The notes under the pieces are model-generated. The model was given only the letters and a program-made list of their open reading frames with translations, did not search any database and was not told where the DNA came from. DNA of 64,000 bases, taken from an uncultured Bacteroidales bacterium. GTDB lineage: Bacteria > Bacteroidota > Bacteroidia > Bacteroidales > UBA3824. Both the position numbers and the translations under genes were made by a program. The stretch lies in assembly GCA_905234655.1 (NCBI GenBank), contig CAJOJG010000009.1, forward strand, positions 352-64,351, given 5' to 3'. Positions 17,837 to 26,870 of this stretch are shown here, piece after piece (position 1 is the stretch's first letter; each line of letters starts with the position of its first letter).

Positions 17837-19855
17837 ATGGAATGGTATTGGATCATAGCCATTGTAATCGCCCTTATAGCCACAGCGGTACTCGTGACCC
17901 ACTTCATCGACACGAGCGACGAAATCCCCATGCTCAGAGCCCTGTACCGGCTGTTGGGTTTTAAAATCCGCGACAATGCCCGGGCGGAATACCGCGCGCT
18001 GAAGGAAGAAACCCAAAACAAAATCCTCCAGATAATGCGCAGCGGCCACTCTATACTTGTCGAAATCCCGGAGTTCGAGGCTGCGCCGTCGGAGACTACG
18101 TTCCGCGTCTCACTGACGGAGTTGTATTCAAAGAACCAGGTCAAAGACATATACCAAAAGGCAAAGAAAATGGTCATCGAGGAAGTCCCGGACTACGAAA
18201 TCTTCTTGCAGGCGTATAAGATTGTGAAGGTCGTGAAGTCGGACCTGTCATTCGGAAGCCTCATCTCCGCATCAAAAGTAAAGTCAACCGACCTCCTCAA
18301 CTTCGCCCGCGCATGGTGCGAACAGTCGAGCGCAAACCTGAAGATAGATTTCCCGACCGCCTATAAGTTCATCAGCAACGGCAGGGACTTTGCAAACCTC
18401 GTTCACCTCGACCTGCTCGCCAAACGCGCCGGAATCGAACTCGACGAACAAAACTTCATCAACCTCGTCAGCGACGAAGAACTAACGGTCATCATATACT
18501 CGCTCATCCGCGCGAAATACGAAGGCATATACATCTCGGAGGAAGAAAACCTCCTCGTCAACAAGGCCAACGTCCTCGAATACAACGACTCCTTCAAAAT
18601 AACGCTCGACCTGCTCGTCAAGCTGTGCAAACTAAAGCGTGATGTCAAGAGGTTCACGGACGTGATGATTCGCGCCCACAACTCCGGCGTCAACATAAAC
18701 TTCTCGTTGTCAGACCTGTTCGCGCTATCGGACGATGGATTCGAGACACTTGTTAATAATGTCATCCGCGCCACAGACTGCGGCATTAACATCGACCAAA
18801 AAGACCTCATCCGCCAGAACATCCAAGGCACGGACATCACTAACCTCATCACAGCACTCATCAAGGCGCACAAATACAACATCGACCTCACGCCCGACGA
18901 ACTGATGAGCTACCTTGTCAACAAGAAAGCCGACGTCGAAAAATTTGTCGAGGCACTTAACTTCATCAAACAAAACGACCTCCCGCTCACGAAAGACTAC
19001 ATCGTCGACATATCCAAGACGGACAGGGACGTGCATGATTTTGTACAGGCGTACAAGATTGTGAAGGACTACGAGTCAAAGCCCAACAACTACGGCATGA
19101 CCATCAGCGCGATAACCCAACACTTCCTGACATTCGGCAAAGCACTCAAAACCGTAAAGACAATCATCAAGGCACAAGAAGAACTCGACCTGAGGATGAA
19201 CTTCGGAATAGCCAATAAGATAATGAAAAAAGGCAAGGAAACCCTCAACGACGCAATCGCTTGGGCGCAGAACCCGGCTGTCGTGGAAGTCGAGCCGAAA
19301 GTCACATGCGTCTGCAAGGACGGCATCCAAGTAACGCCAAAGGTCAATGCCACAGTCCGTGGCAAGATGGAACAATACTTCTGGGGATACCGCTTGCCAG
19401 TGCTTTTCGCACGTATTAACGAGGCGATAATATACGAGTTCGAACTCGCCGAGGACCATGACCAAATCATAAACAACCTGCCGCAAATATCCCACAACGT
19501 CCTTGACCGAATTAACGAGGAGGAAAACAAAAAGGAAATCAAGACCGGCGAGACGACTGAAACCGACCTCAACGAACATTGCGCATACAACCTGCTCGAC
19601 GTCAACATCTACGATGTCGAAATAGGCCAGAACGTCAAAGCCGAACTCAACCTCCGCCAGGCGCAGATCGACAGTGAAATCCGCCGCCTGAAAGCCGAGG
19701 CGGACCGCGCAAAGGCGGAAGCCGACCTCAGAATCGCAATGGTACAGCAGTACCACGACGGCACAAAGCCTAACTTCAACGAACTACACAAAGCCAACCT
19801 CCTTGCCGAGTTGTCGCAGGACATCACGACAGGATACGAAAACCCACAACAATAA
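17837..19855 (+). CDS. Divergent, elongated FloA/flotillin-like (SPFH-related) membrane protein with an expanded helical-repeat region
   Basis: One N-terminal TM helix. About 8 copies of a ~30-aa helical motif (e.g. VMIRAHNSGVNINFSLSDL, NVIRATDCGINIDQKDL, LITALIKAHKYNIDLTPDEL). A C-terminal block aligns by eye with FloA (DGIQVT.KV.ATVRG.....G......ARI.E.I...........I.N...IS..V, LLDV.IYDVEIG.NV) and ends in a charged coiled coil. The start is 2 nt after the SPOR gene stop. Confidence 0.55.
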   Translation: MEWYWIIAIVIALIATAVLVTHFIDTSDEIPMLRALYRLLGFKIRDNARAEYRALKEETQNKILQIMRSGHSILVEIPEFEAAPSETTFRVSLTELYSKNQVKDIYQKAKKMVIEEVPDYEIFLQAYKIVKVVKSDLSFGSLISASKVKSTDLLNFARAWCEQSSANLKIDFPTAYKFISNGRDFANLVHLDLLAKRAGIELDEQNFINLVSDEELTVIIYSLIRAKYEGIYISEEENLLVNKANVLEYNDSFKITLDLLVKLCKLKRDVKRFTDVMIRAHNSGVNINFSLSDLFALSDDGFETLVNNVIRATDCGINIDQKDLIRQNIQGTDITNLITALIKAHKYNIDLTPDELMSYLVNKKADVEKFVEALNFIKQNDLPLTKDYIVDISKTDRDVHDFVQAYKIVKDYESKPNNYGMTISAITQHFLTFGKALKTVKTIIKAQEELDLRMNFGIANKIMKKGKETLNDAIAWAQNPAVVEVEPKVTCVCKDGIQVTPKVNATVRGKMEQYFWGYRLPVLFARINEAIIYEFELAEDHDQIINNLPQISHNVLDRINEEENKKEIKTGETTETDLNEHCAYNLLDVNIYDVEIGQNVKAELNLRQAQIDSEIRRLKAEADRAKAEADLRIAMVQQYHDGTKPNFNELHKANLLAELSQDITTGYENPQQ

Positions 19856-19867
19856 GTAAAAAAGAGA

Positions 19868-21328
19868 ATGAAAAAATATTTACTTTACACCATAATCCTT
19901 ATCGCCACAATCGCGCTCCACTCGTGCTACGAGGAAATCCCCGACCCGGTGTACACGACGGAAGACAATGTAACATCGCTCGAAATAGAGGACACCCTCG
20001 GACTTGACAACGAAAACACGGGCGTGTCATTTTGGGACGGATTCCTGATTTTGGTCATCACGATTGGACTTGCAGGACTGATTGTGTGGTTCTTCATCGC
20101 AATGGTGCCGATTAAGCTGTGGTTCAACGCCAAACTTTCAAAAGTCCACGTATCGTGGCTCCTGCTCATAAAAATGCGCTGGCAGAACATCCCGCAGGCC
20201 AAACTCATCAACCTCATGGTCACGGCATACAACGCCGGACTTAAGACATTGAGCCTTCCAGAACTGATGAAATATTACTTGGCGAAAGTCGACCTTGACG
20301 TGGTCGTGGCGACTATGATACGCGCCATGGCGGCTAACGTAAAGGACATCAAGTTCGACGACATGGCACAGTTGTACCTCCGCAAGGTCGATGTCGGTGC
20401 TATCGTCCATGCCCAAATCAACGCCATGAACGCGCAGATAAAGACCACAATCCCCGAGCTGTCAGAGTTTTACCTCGCTGGCGGCAACGTCGGCGACCTC
20501 ATAAAGGCAAAGAACATCGCCGACAACTCCGGCGACGACATAAAGGCGGAACTCGACCTCAGCCGCCTCAAAAAGCACTACCTCGCCGGCGGCAACCTCA
20601 AGAAGACCATCGAAGCCTACATTTCAGCCAAAAAAGCGAAACTGACAGGCTTCGAGTTCGAGGACATCTGCAAAATCGACCTTGCGGGCATGGACGTTGT
20701 GGAGGCTATAAAGCCCGCCATCAACCCGATTGTCGTGGAGACTGACGGAGTACGTGGCATCGCGCGCGACGGCGTTGAGTTGACGATGAAAGTTAAAGTG
20801 ACGCTCCGCTCCCAGATAAAGAACATCATCGGCGGCGTAAGCTCGGACACTGTGCTTGCCCGTGTCAATGAGGGACTTGCCACGAGGATTGGCATGGCGC
20901 AGAGCCACACTGAAATTCTCCAAAACCCATATCAAGTCGCCGACTACGTCGAGCAGAACGATGTCATCAGCCAAAATTCCGCATACGAGGTACTTTCCGT
21001 GGACGTTTCGGACATCAGAATCGGCAACGACGTAAGCGCGTCGCTCAAAGTCTCACGCGCAAAGGCGCAGGTCGAGGCTGCAAAAGCCGACCTCATCTCC
21101 GCCGAAGAAAAAGTGCAGAAAGCCATGGCGTCCGCATTCTTGGACGGCAACATCTCCGTACAGGAATACACCGACCTCAAGAACAAGCAAGCCGACACGC
21201 TCATGCGCCAGAGCCTTGCAAATGTGGACGTCACCGGCCACCATCTTTCCACGCAGACCGACCTCGGCGACAACACTCCCCACATCCAGGACACCGACGC
21301 GACCGACGTGACGGACAGAGACAAATAA
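19868..21328 (+). CDS. FloA-family flotillin-like protein (UPF0365/YqfA-like), long form with an N-terminal lipobox
   Basis: HYLAGGN (twice), IDLAGMDVVEAI.PAINP.VVETD, RDGVELTMKVKVTLR, GG.S.DTVLARV.EGL...IG....H.EIL.NP and YEVLSVDVSDIRIG match my recollection of Bacillus FloA. It is 486 aa versus about 330 aa. The N-terminus MKKYLLYTIILIATIALHSC is lipoprotein-like and is followed by a TM helix. Confidence 0.7.
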   Translation: MKKYLLYTIILIATIALHSCYEEIPDPVYTTEDNVTSLEIEDTLGLDNENTGVSFWDGFLILVITIGLAGLIVWFFIAMVPIKLWFNAKLSKVHVSWLLLIKMRWQNIPQAKLINLMVTAYNAGLKTLSLPELMKYYLAKVDLDVVVATMIRAMAANVKDIKFDDMAQLYLRKVDVGAIVHAQINAMNAQIKTTIPELSEFYLAGGNVGDLIKAKNIADNSGDDIKAELDLSRLKKHYLAGGNLKKTIEAYISAKKAKLTGFEFEDICKIDLAGMDVVEAIKPAINPIVVETDGVRGIARDGVELTMKVKVTLRSQIKNIIGGVSSDTVLARVNEGLATRIGMAQSHTEILQNPYQVADYVEQNDVISQNSAYEVLSVDVSDIRIGNDVSASLKVSRAKAQVEAAKADLISAEEKVQKAMASAFLDGNISVQEYTDLKNKQADTLMRQSLANVDVTGHHLSTQTDLGDNTPHIQDTDATDVTDRDK

Positions 21329-21332
21329 AAAA

Positions 21333-22985
21333 TCACCGCGACGAAAAATCCCACACGCTGTCGCACAACTCGGCGACGGCGAGCCTGTGGGTTATCATCA
21401 GGATAGTCTTTCCGGCGCACCGCTCGAACAAACGCCTGAACAGCTCACGCTCCGTGGCCTCGTCCAACGCCGAACTTATTTCGTCCAACAGCATCACATT
21501 CCCGTTGCGCAAAATTCCGCGTGCAATGGCGATGCGTTGAGCCTGACCTTCGCTAAGTCCGCTGCCGCGCTCGCCAAGCACAGTGTCAAGTCCATTCGGC
21601 AACTCGAACACAAAATCCGCCATCGCTGCACTCAGCACGTCGCACAATTCCTCATCTGTCGCCTCCGTCTTCGCAAGACAAAGATTGTAACGGATTGTGC
21701 CGCTCATCAGTGTATTGCCCTGCGGCACAAAGACAAAATAATCGCGGGTATTTGGACCGACCACAATTTGACCATCGCCGTCATAAAGGCTCACAGTACC
21801 GTCCGACGGCTGCATCAGCCCGAGCAACAGCCTGAAAACCGTCGTCTTCCCCACCCCGGTCCTGCCGATGATTGCGGTATGGCTTCCCGGCGGAATGTCA
21901 CGTTCAAAATGCCTTAGCACGTCGCCGCCGTCCGCCGAATACTTGAACGAGACATCGTGGAGGCGGATTCCGGGGACTTTGAGGTGCGGCTTATTTACAC
22001 TGCCACTTTCCACAGCCACTGCCTCGACCTCAAGATTATCAAGTTCATCGAGCCTGTCGATGCTCGCCGTGGCGTGTATGAACTGCGGCACAAGGTTCAG
22101 CAACTGAAGGATAGGCTGTTGGATTTGACCGACAAGCTGGAGGAACGATGTCATCACGCCCAAAGTTATCGCGCCGTCCCTGAGTTGGAGACCGCCCCAC
22201 ACAAACGCAACCAAGTACCCGAGCCCAAAACTTGCCGCAAGTATCGACCGCGTGAAGACTGTGAAACGTGTACGTCTCCTGACCTTCCCTTCCAAATCGC
22301 CCTGCATACTCTCCACCTGCCCGACCATCCATGGCGTTGTGCCGAGGGTGCGGAGCGTAGTGTCGAGCTCAAGGCTTTCCTGGATAAGCATCTGCACACG
22401 GGTTTCCTGCTGCCTGATGTCGTGCGTGAGAGTACGGAGCCGCCGCGCAAGAAGTTTGCCGGAAACGATGAACGCCGGTGTCAACAGCAGCAGAATCCAC
22501 GCCAACGTCGCGTCCATCGTCCTTAACATGAGGAACGCGCCAAGAAGCTTGCAGCATCCCGCCGCCGCCTCCGGCAACATTGTGCCGATGCTCTCGGACA
22601 CCTTCTCTATGTCGGTCTCGAGCCGTGAGACAAGCTCGGCGGAATGTAAATTTTTGCCGTCATAAAGCCTGCGGCGCATAAGGCGACTGTATATGCGCAG
22701 GCGAATGCCGTTGCCCTGGCGGACCTTCGCCTCTATGCCGAGGTAATAATACGTCTGCCGCAGAAGAATCCCCGCCACGACCACTGCAAACAGCATCGCC
22801 AGCACGTGCCATATCTCGACGTCCGAGCCGCTGTATATGGTCTCGTCGATGAATGTCTTGCACAGCCACACCATCGCCAACGAAGTCCCCACGTTCATCA
22901 GTCCAAGCACGACCTGCATCGTCATATTAAGGCGTATGCCGTTTGTATTGCGCCAAATCCAGGCGATATATCGTAGTAATGCCAT
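21333..22985 (-). CDS. ABC exporter, fused permease-ATPase (MsbA-like half transporter)
   Basis: Six-TM N-terminal domain. Walker A GRTGVGKTT, signature LSEGQAQR and Walker B VMLLDEISSALD. Confidence 0.85.
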   Translation of the reverse strand: MALLRYIAWIWRNTNGIRLNMTMQVVLGLMNVGTSLAMVWLCKTFIDETIYSGSDVEIWHVLAMLFAVVVAGILLRQTYYYLGIEAKVRQGNGIRLRIYSRLMRRRLYDGKNLHSAELVSRLETDIEKVSESIGTMLPEAAAGCCKLLGAFLMLRTMDATLAWILLLLTPAFIVSGKLLARRLRTLTHDIRQQETRVQMLIQESLELDTTLRTLGTTPWMVGQVESMQGDLEGKVRRRTRFTVFTRSILAASFGLGYLVAFVWGGLQLRDGAITLGVMTSFLQLVGQIQQPILQLLNLVPQFIHATASIDRLDELDNLEVEAVAVESGSVNKPHLKVPGIRLHDVSFKYSADGGDVLRHFERDIPPGSHTAIIGRTGVGKTTVFRLLLGLMQPSDGTVSLYDGDGQIVVGPNTRDYFVFVPQGNTLMSGTIRYNLCLAKTEATDEELCDVLSAAMADFVFELPNGLDTVLGERGSGLSEGQAQRIAIARGILRNGNVMLLDEISSALDEATERELFRRLFERCAGKTILMITHRLAVAELCDSVWDFSSR

Positions 22986-23091
22986 CTCAAAAACTTTTAG
23001 TTTTTACAAAGATAGATTGTTTTTTGGTACAGCGCAAAAATATTTTAGGCTTTCGGACGTTATAATACTAAAAAACTAACCCTTAAAACTA

Positions 23092-23760
23092 TTGAACACC
23101 GTGAAAAAAATCTACATCATCTTGAGCATGGCGATACTTGGCATTGCAATGCTGACCTCCGCCACATACAACGACGACAACGACTCGCCCACCCAATCCC
23201 AATGGACGGACGAGGAACTCGCAAAAGCCAACACCGCCGCGCGGTGCTCAGGCCTTGCGAAAGTCGACAAAGACATCATCTTCTACTGCAACCTCGCACG
23301 CCTCGACGGCGCAAAGTTCTGGCGCACATACGGCAAGTCATACGCCAAGGGCAGCGCATCATACGTGAACTCGCTCGAACGCGACCTGATGAAAGTAAAA
23401 GACCGCCCGATGCTCGTCCCCGAGGCTTCACTGACAAGAGCCGCCGAAGCCCACGCAAGCGACATGCTTGTCAACGACTTCTTCGACCACACATCTTTCG
23501 ACGGAACGAGTTTCGGCCAAAGGGTCAGGTCATACTACAAAGGCGGCTTTATAGCAGAAAACCTTGCCGCAGGCTATAACCACGCCCTGTCAATCGTCAT
23601 GCAACTGCTTGTGGACGACAACGTTCCATCCGTCGGCCACCGCAAGAACATCCTCAACGAACAATACAACGCTGTCGGCGTAAATACCACGGTTCACAAG
23701 ACATGGCGTAATATAACTGTCATGGACTTTGGCGACACCGTTTATGACAATGTGGAATAA
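23092..23760 (+). CDS. CAP/SCP (cysteine-rich secretory protein-like) domain protein, secreted
   Basis: Signal peptide, then CNLARLDG..F, AA.AHA.DM....FFDH....G..F..R and GHRKNIL, which are typical of bacterial CAP domains. The start codon is uncertain (TTG at 23092 or GTG at 23101). Confidence 0.7.
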   Translation: MNTVKKIYIILSMAILGIAMLTSATYNDDNDSPTQSQWTDEELAKANTAARCSGLAKVDKDIIFYCNLARLDGAKFWRTYGKSYAKGSASYVNSLERDLMKVKDRPMLVPEASLTRAAEAHASDMLVNDFFDHTSFDGTSFGQRVRSYYKGGFIAENLAAGYNHALSIVMQLLVDDNVPSVGHRKNILNEQYNAVGVNTTVHKTWRNITVMDFGDTVYDNVE

Positions 23761-23763
23761 ATA

Positions 23764-23955
23764 GACTCGACGGCGCGAAGTTTTGGGAGACATACGGCAA
23801 AACCAACGCCAAGGGCAGTTCTCAGTATGTCAGCTCATTGGAAAGCGATTTGAGTTCAATAAAGAACCGCAAGATGCTTATTCCCGAAACCTCGCTCCTC
23901 AAAGCCGCCGCCGCACACGCAAAGGACATGAGCGACAACAATAGGAAAGTACGTT
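23764..23955 (+). pseudogene. Fragment of a second CAP-domain paralog
   Basis: Translates to RLDGAKFWETYGKTNAKGSSQYVSSLESDLSSIKNRKMLIPETSLLKAAAAHAKDMSDNN, collinear with residues ~68-128 of the adjacent CAP protein. It has no start codon or signal peptide and lacks the C-terminal half. Confidence 0.7.
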
Positions 23956-24007
23956 TTTGTGCATTTTTCTATTTTCAGATTGACTCTTTATAATGCCAGG
24001 ACAGCGG

Positions 24008-25318
24008 TTACTTCACAGCGTCCCAAAGTTTCTGCTCCAAGGCTGCGCGGTCGAAGTTGTGGATTTCGTCAGCGGTGGAAACGATGTCCTCGTTATAGGC
24101 GAGTTCGGCCATAAATTCCGGGGCGCGCTCGATGCCTTCGCCGAGGTTGACCATAACGATGTCGCCGTCCTTGAGGAGACCTTTTTTCAATGATTCGAAG
24201 TAGCCGCCCATGCCGATTGCCGATGCTGGGCCTATGCGCTCCTGAGTCTTGTAGGCGATGAGGCGGGCGATGTCGGCGGTCTTTGTCTCGTCAAAAGTGA
24301 TAATCTCGCCGCCGGACTTCTTGGTGATGTCGGCGATGAGTGGATACGTGCCGGGAATGCCAGTGGCAAGTGTCTGGACCTTCGTCGGCGGGTTTTGGAG
24401 TTTCGGGAAGTCCTGCTGCCAGCCGTCGGGAAAGTTGTTGGACTTTGCCTTTTCCCACGCCTGAGTCATCGGGTCACAAAGGCTCGGCTGTACGGAGATG
24501 TAGCGCGGACGGGCTTTAATGCCGATTTTCTCAACCTCGTCAAGACCCTTCTCGACAGCGATTGGACCAGTGCCGCCGCTGAGAGCCTGGATATAGACCG
24601 TGGGAATTTCACCGACAAGGCGCAACCATTCGTAGACCCATGTCTTCTTAGCCTCGACACGGATTGGGTCGGTATTGCCGATGGTCATCAAGATGTTGTT
24701 TTTGGCGGTGAACTCGCCGGCAATCTTCTTGGCAAAGGCATAGTCGCCCTTGCATACAACGGCTTTCTGTCCGTATGCGCTGACAGAGGCAATGTTCTCT
24801 TTCACAGCGTCCTCGGGCATGAATACATAGAGGTTGACGCCGGCTTTTGCGAGGTAGTGGGAGAAGGCGTTAGCAGTGTTGCCGGTGCTGGCGACGGCGT
24901 AGTCCTTAACGCCACATTCCTTCAAGACCGACGCGCCGAGCGTACCGGCTATGTCCTTGAAAGTACGTGTCGCATTGCTGAAATTATGGCGCATGACATA
25001 CACCTTTATATTAATGCCGTACTCCTTTTTTGCGAAATCCTCGAGGAAATCCCATCGGTCTATTGGCGACACTCCTTCACCAGCCGACACAATGTTTCCC
25101 TTGTTGTCGAGAGGAAGAAAGTCGAAATAATGCCAAAGGCTCTCGACCTCGCCCTTTGTGTAAATGAGGTCACGCAGTTTTTCCGGGTCGGTGTCATACT
25201 TGGCATCAACGAAATTTTTGCCGCACTCGGGGCATTTCTGTCCGGCGGCAAACCATTGGGCAAAGTCGCCAATGTTGTGTCCGCAGTTCTTGCAGACGAA
25301 GTGGTATTTCTTGCTCAT
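24008..25318 (-). CDS. Fold-type II PLP enzyme, threonine-synthase-like (possibly cysteate-synthase-like) with an N-terminal zinc ribbon
   Basis: CKNCGH...(16)...CPECG zinc ribbon. A PLP-lysine context TRTFKD. ASTGNTANAF..YLAKAGV..YVFMP and GGTGP. It is unlike the E. coli/Bacteroides long-type ThrC N-terminus. Confidence 0.6.
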   Translation of the reverse strand: MSKKYHFVCKNCGHNIGDFAQWFAAGQKCPECGKNFVDAKYDTDPEKLRDLIYTKGEVESLWHYFDFLPLDNKGNIVSAGEGVSPIDRWDFLEDFAKKEYGINIKVYVMRHNFSNATRTFKDIAGTLGASVLKECGVKDYAVASTGNTANAFSHYLAKAGVNLYVFMPEDAVKENIASVSAYGQKAVVCKGDYAFAKKIAGEFTAKNNILMTIGNTDPIRVEAKKTWVYEWLRLVGEIPTVYIQALSGGTGPIAVEKGLDEVEKIGIKARPRYISVQPSLCDPMTQAWEKAKSNNFPDGWQQDFPKLQNPPTKVQTLATGIPGTYPLIADITKKSGGEIITFDETKTADIARLIAYKTQERIGPASAIGMGGYFESLKKGLLKDGDIVMVNLGEGIERAPEFMAELAYNEDIVSTADEIHNFDRAALEQKLWDAVK

Positions 25319-25333
25319 AATATTAGAATCCTG

Positions 25334-26521
25334 TTAATTTTCTCCGTATTTTTCCTTCATGGCGGCGGCACATTCCTCGGCGATGCGCGTCTTTTCCTTC
25401 GCTGTGGACGTTTGGGGGTAGCCCTCGCCCTTGCGGAGGAACTTCAGTCCAGCCATCATGAAGTCCGGCAATGGACGCTCGGGATCGCGTGTCTTGAGGT
25501 TAATGCCAAGTCCAAGTTTTGCAACAATCGGCACGTAATACGTCTCGACAAACTCTATGAGGTTGCCGTCCGGATCCTCGATGTACGTGAAATGTCCCGA
25601 TGCGCCGCCCATGTCAAAAATCTTGGCCTCGGAGTCGTATGCTTCGGGGTTGGAGTCGCTGGTGAACGGGTGTCCCTTACTCTCACAATATTCTTTGAGT
25701 TCCTTCATGTTACGGATGTCGTAACAAATCTGAATGAAACCCGGGTCGCCCCAAAGGTGCGTCACAAAGTCGTATATCCTACGCGGCTGCCGTCTGTCGG
25801 TGTTCACAATCTGAATGAGTTCTATCTGGCTCTCATTCAGGAAGTTGCTGAACGGGCCTTTGCGTTTTTGGGAATGACCGAGAAGCACACGGCGGAGTTT
25901 GTCGTTACCGCCGGGGATTTTGGCAAAGTCCTCGAAAACATCAGTGCTGTCGTAGATGATGGTGTCGTATCCGAGGATTTCCTTGTAGAACTGGATTGAC
26001 TTGTCCATGTCGCTCACGCCCACAAACGCGCCATACACTCCGCCAATTTTTGAATCTGTCTCGCGGAATGTCACATCGCTCTCGACGATTTCGAAAAGAT
26101 TGCCAAAAGGATCTTTCATGAAGAAATGTTCCTTGTCAGCGATGGTCTTGCCAAAGCTTGACATCAAGAGTTCCGGACAGTGCGTCTTCATCCTTAGGTA
26201 CGCAGCCTGTACATTCCGCGACTTGAGCTTGCCGATGAAAGTGCCGAGGTCGCCGAGTTTGACCTCGAATCCAACTTTCGTAGGCTTTCGCGACGTGTAC
26301 TGCCAAATCTCAAGCCCGCCACCGCCTTGCATGTTGTATGCCAAGATTGTGTGGCGAGTCTGCGGCCTGTGGTTAGTGTATGTCTGCATCTTAGATGCCT
26401 CGCCCGGGGCGTCGCTCAATAGGACATCCTGCCCAAAATATTCGCGATACCACTCCCACGCTTGATAGACGTTCTCAACGCCCACGCCGAGTTGTTGTAT
26501 TCCGCTAATTTGAAATGCCAT
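25334..26521 (-). CDS. Multi-domain VOC (glyoxalase/bleomycin-resistance/extradiol-dioxygenase) superfamily protein
   Basis: Repeated beta-alpha-beta-beta-beta modules (e.g. GVGV.NV..A..WY...FG, FF.KDPFGNLFEIVE, FTYIEDPDGNLIEFVE). The start was set at MAFQISG (26521). It lies 15 nt upstream of the PLP gene. Confidence 0.65.
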   Translation of the reverse strand: MAFQISGIQQLGVGVENVYQAWEWYREYFGQDVLLSDAPGEASKMQTYTNHRPQTRHTILAYNMQGGGGLEIWQYTSRKPTKVGFEVKLGDLGTFIGKLKSRNVQAAYLRMKTHCPELLMSSFGKTIADKEHFFMKDPFGNLFEIVESDVTFRETDSKIGGVYGAFVGVSDMDKSIQFYKEILGYDTIIYDSTDVFEDFAKIPGGNDKLRRVLLGHSQKRKGPFSNFLNESQIELIQIVNTDRRQPRRIYDFVTHLWGDPGFIQICYDIRNMKELKEYCESKGHPFTSDSNPEAYDSEAKIFDMGGASGHFTYIEDPDGNLIEFVETYYVPIVAKLGLGINLKTRDPERPLPDFMMAGLKFLRKGEGYPQTSTAKEKTRIAEECAAAMKEKYGEN

Positions 26522-26634
26522 TTTTTTGACGTTGTGTGTGTTTTTATTATCTATATATCGAATTTTACAATGCAAAGGTGGTAAAAATAATCTGTTTTTG
26601 GAAATCTAATCAACGAACAGCCTAAAAAAAAGCA

Positions 26635-26844
26635 CTATTGCATTTTTCTGCCGTCGTTTTCCTCGTCCCTTTTCCTAAGATGACGCCGCCACAGGTACAT
26701 CAAAAGTGATGCTCCTGAAAAGAAATACATCGCTTGAGCCTCGCCAAAGCCAAATTTAACGTTCCTGATTATGGCTACCATAAAGCACATTATCGCTGTG
26801 CATATCCATAATATTTCCATCGGTTTTCTGCGCATGACAATCAA
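26635..26844 (-). CDS. Small two-TM membrane protein, hypothetical
   Basis: 69 aa with two hydrophobic helices and a basic/acidic tail. It sits directly downstream of lptC on the same strand. Confidence 0.4.
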   Translation of the reverse strand: MIVMRRKPMEILWICTAIMCFMVAIIRNVKFGFGEAQAMYFFSGASLLMYLWRRHLRKRDEENDGRKMQ

Positions 26845-26870
26845 AAATCAACAAATCAATAAATCAAAAA

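Noticed and set aside
24395-25999. 534-aa plus-strand ORF spanning the PLP-enzyme and VOC genes
   Set aside because: It is entirely antisense to two well-supported minus-strand genes. Its composition is Val/Gly/Leu/Arg-rich with no motifs, as expected for a mirror frame of a GC-balanced coding region.
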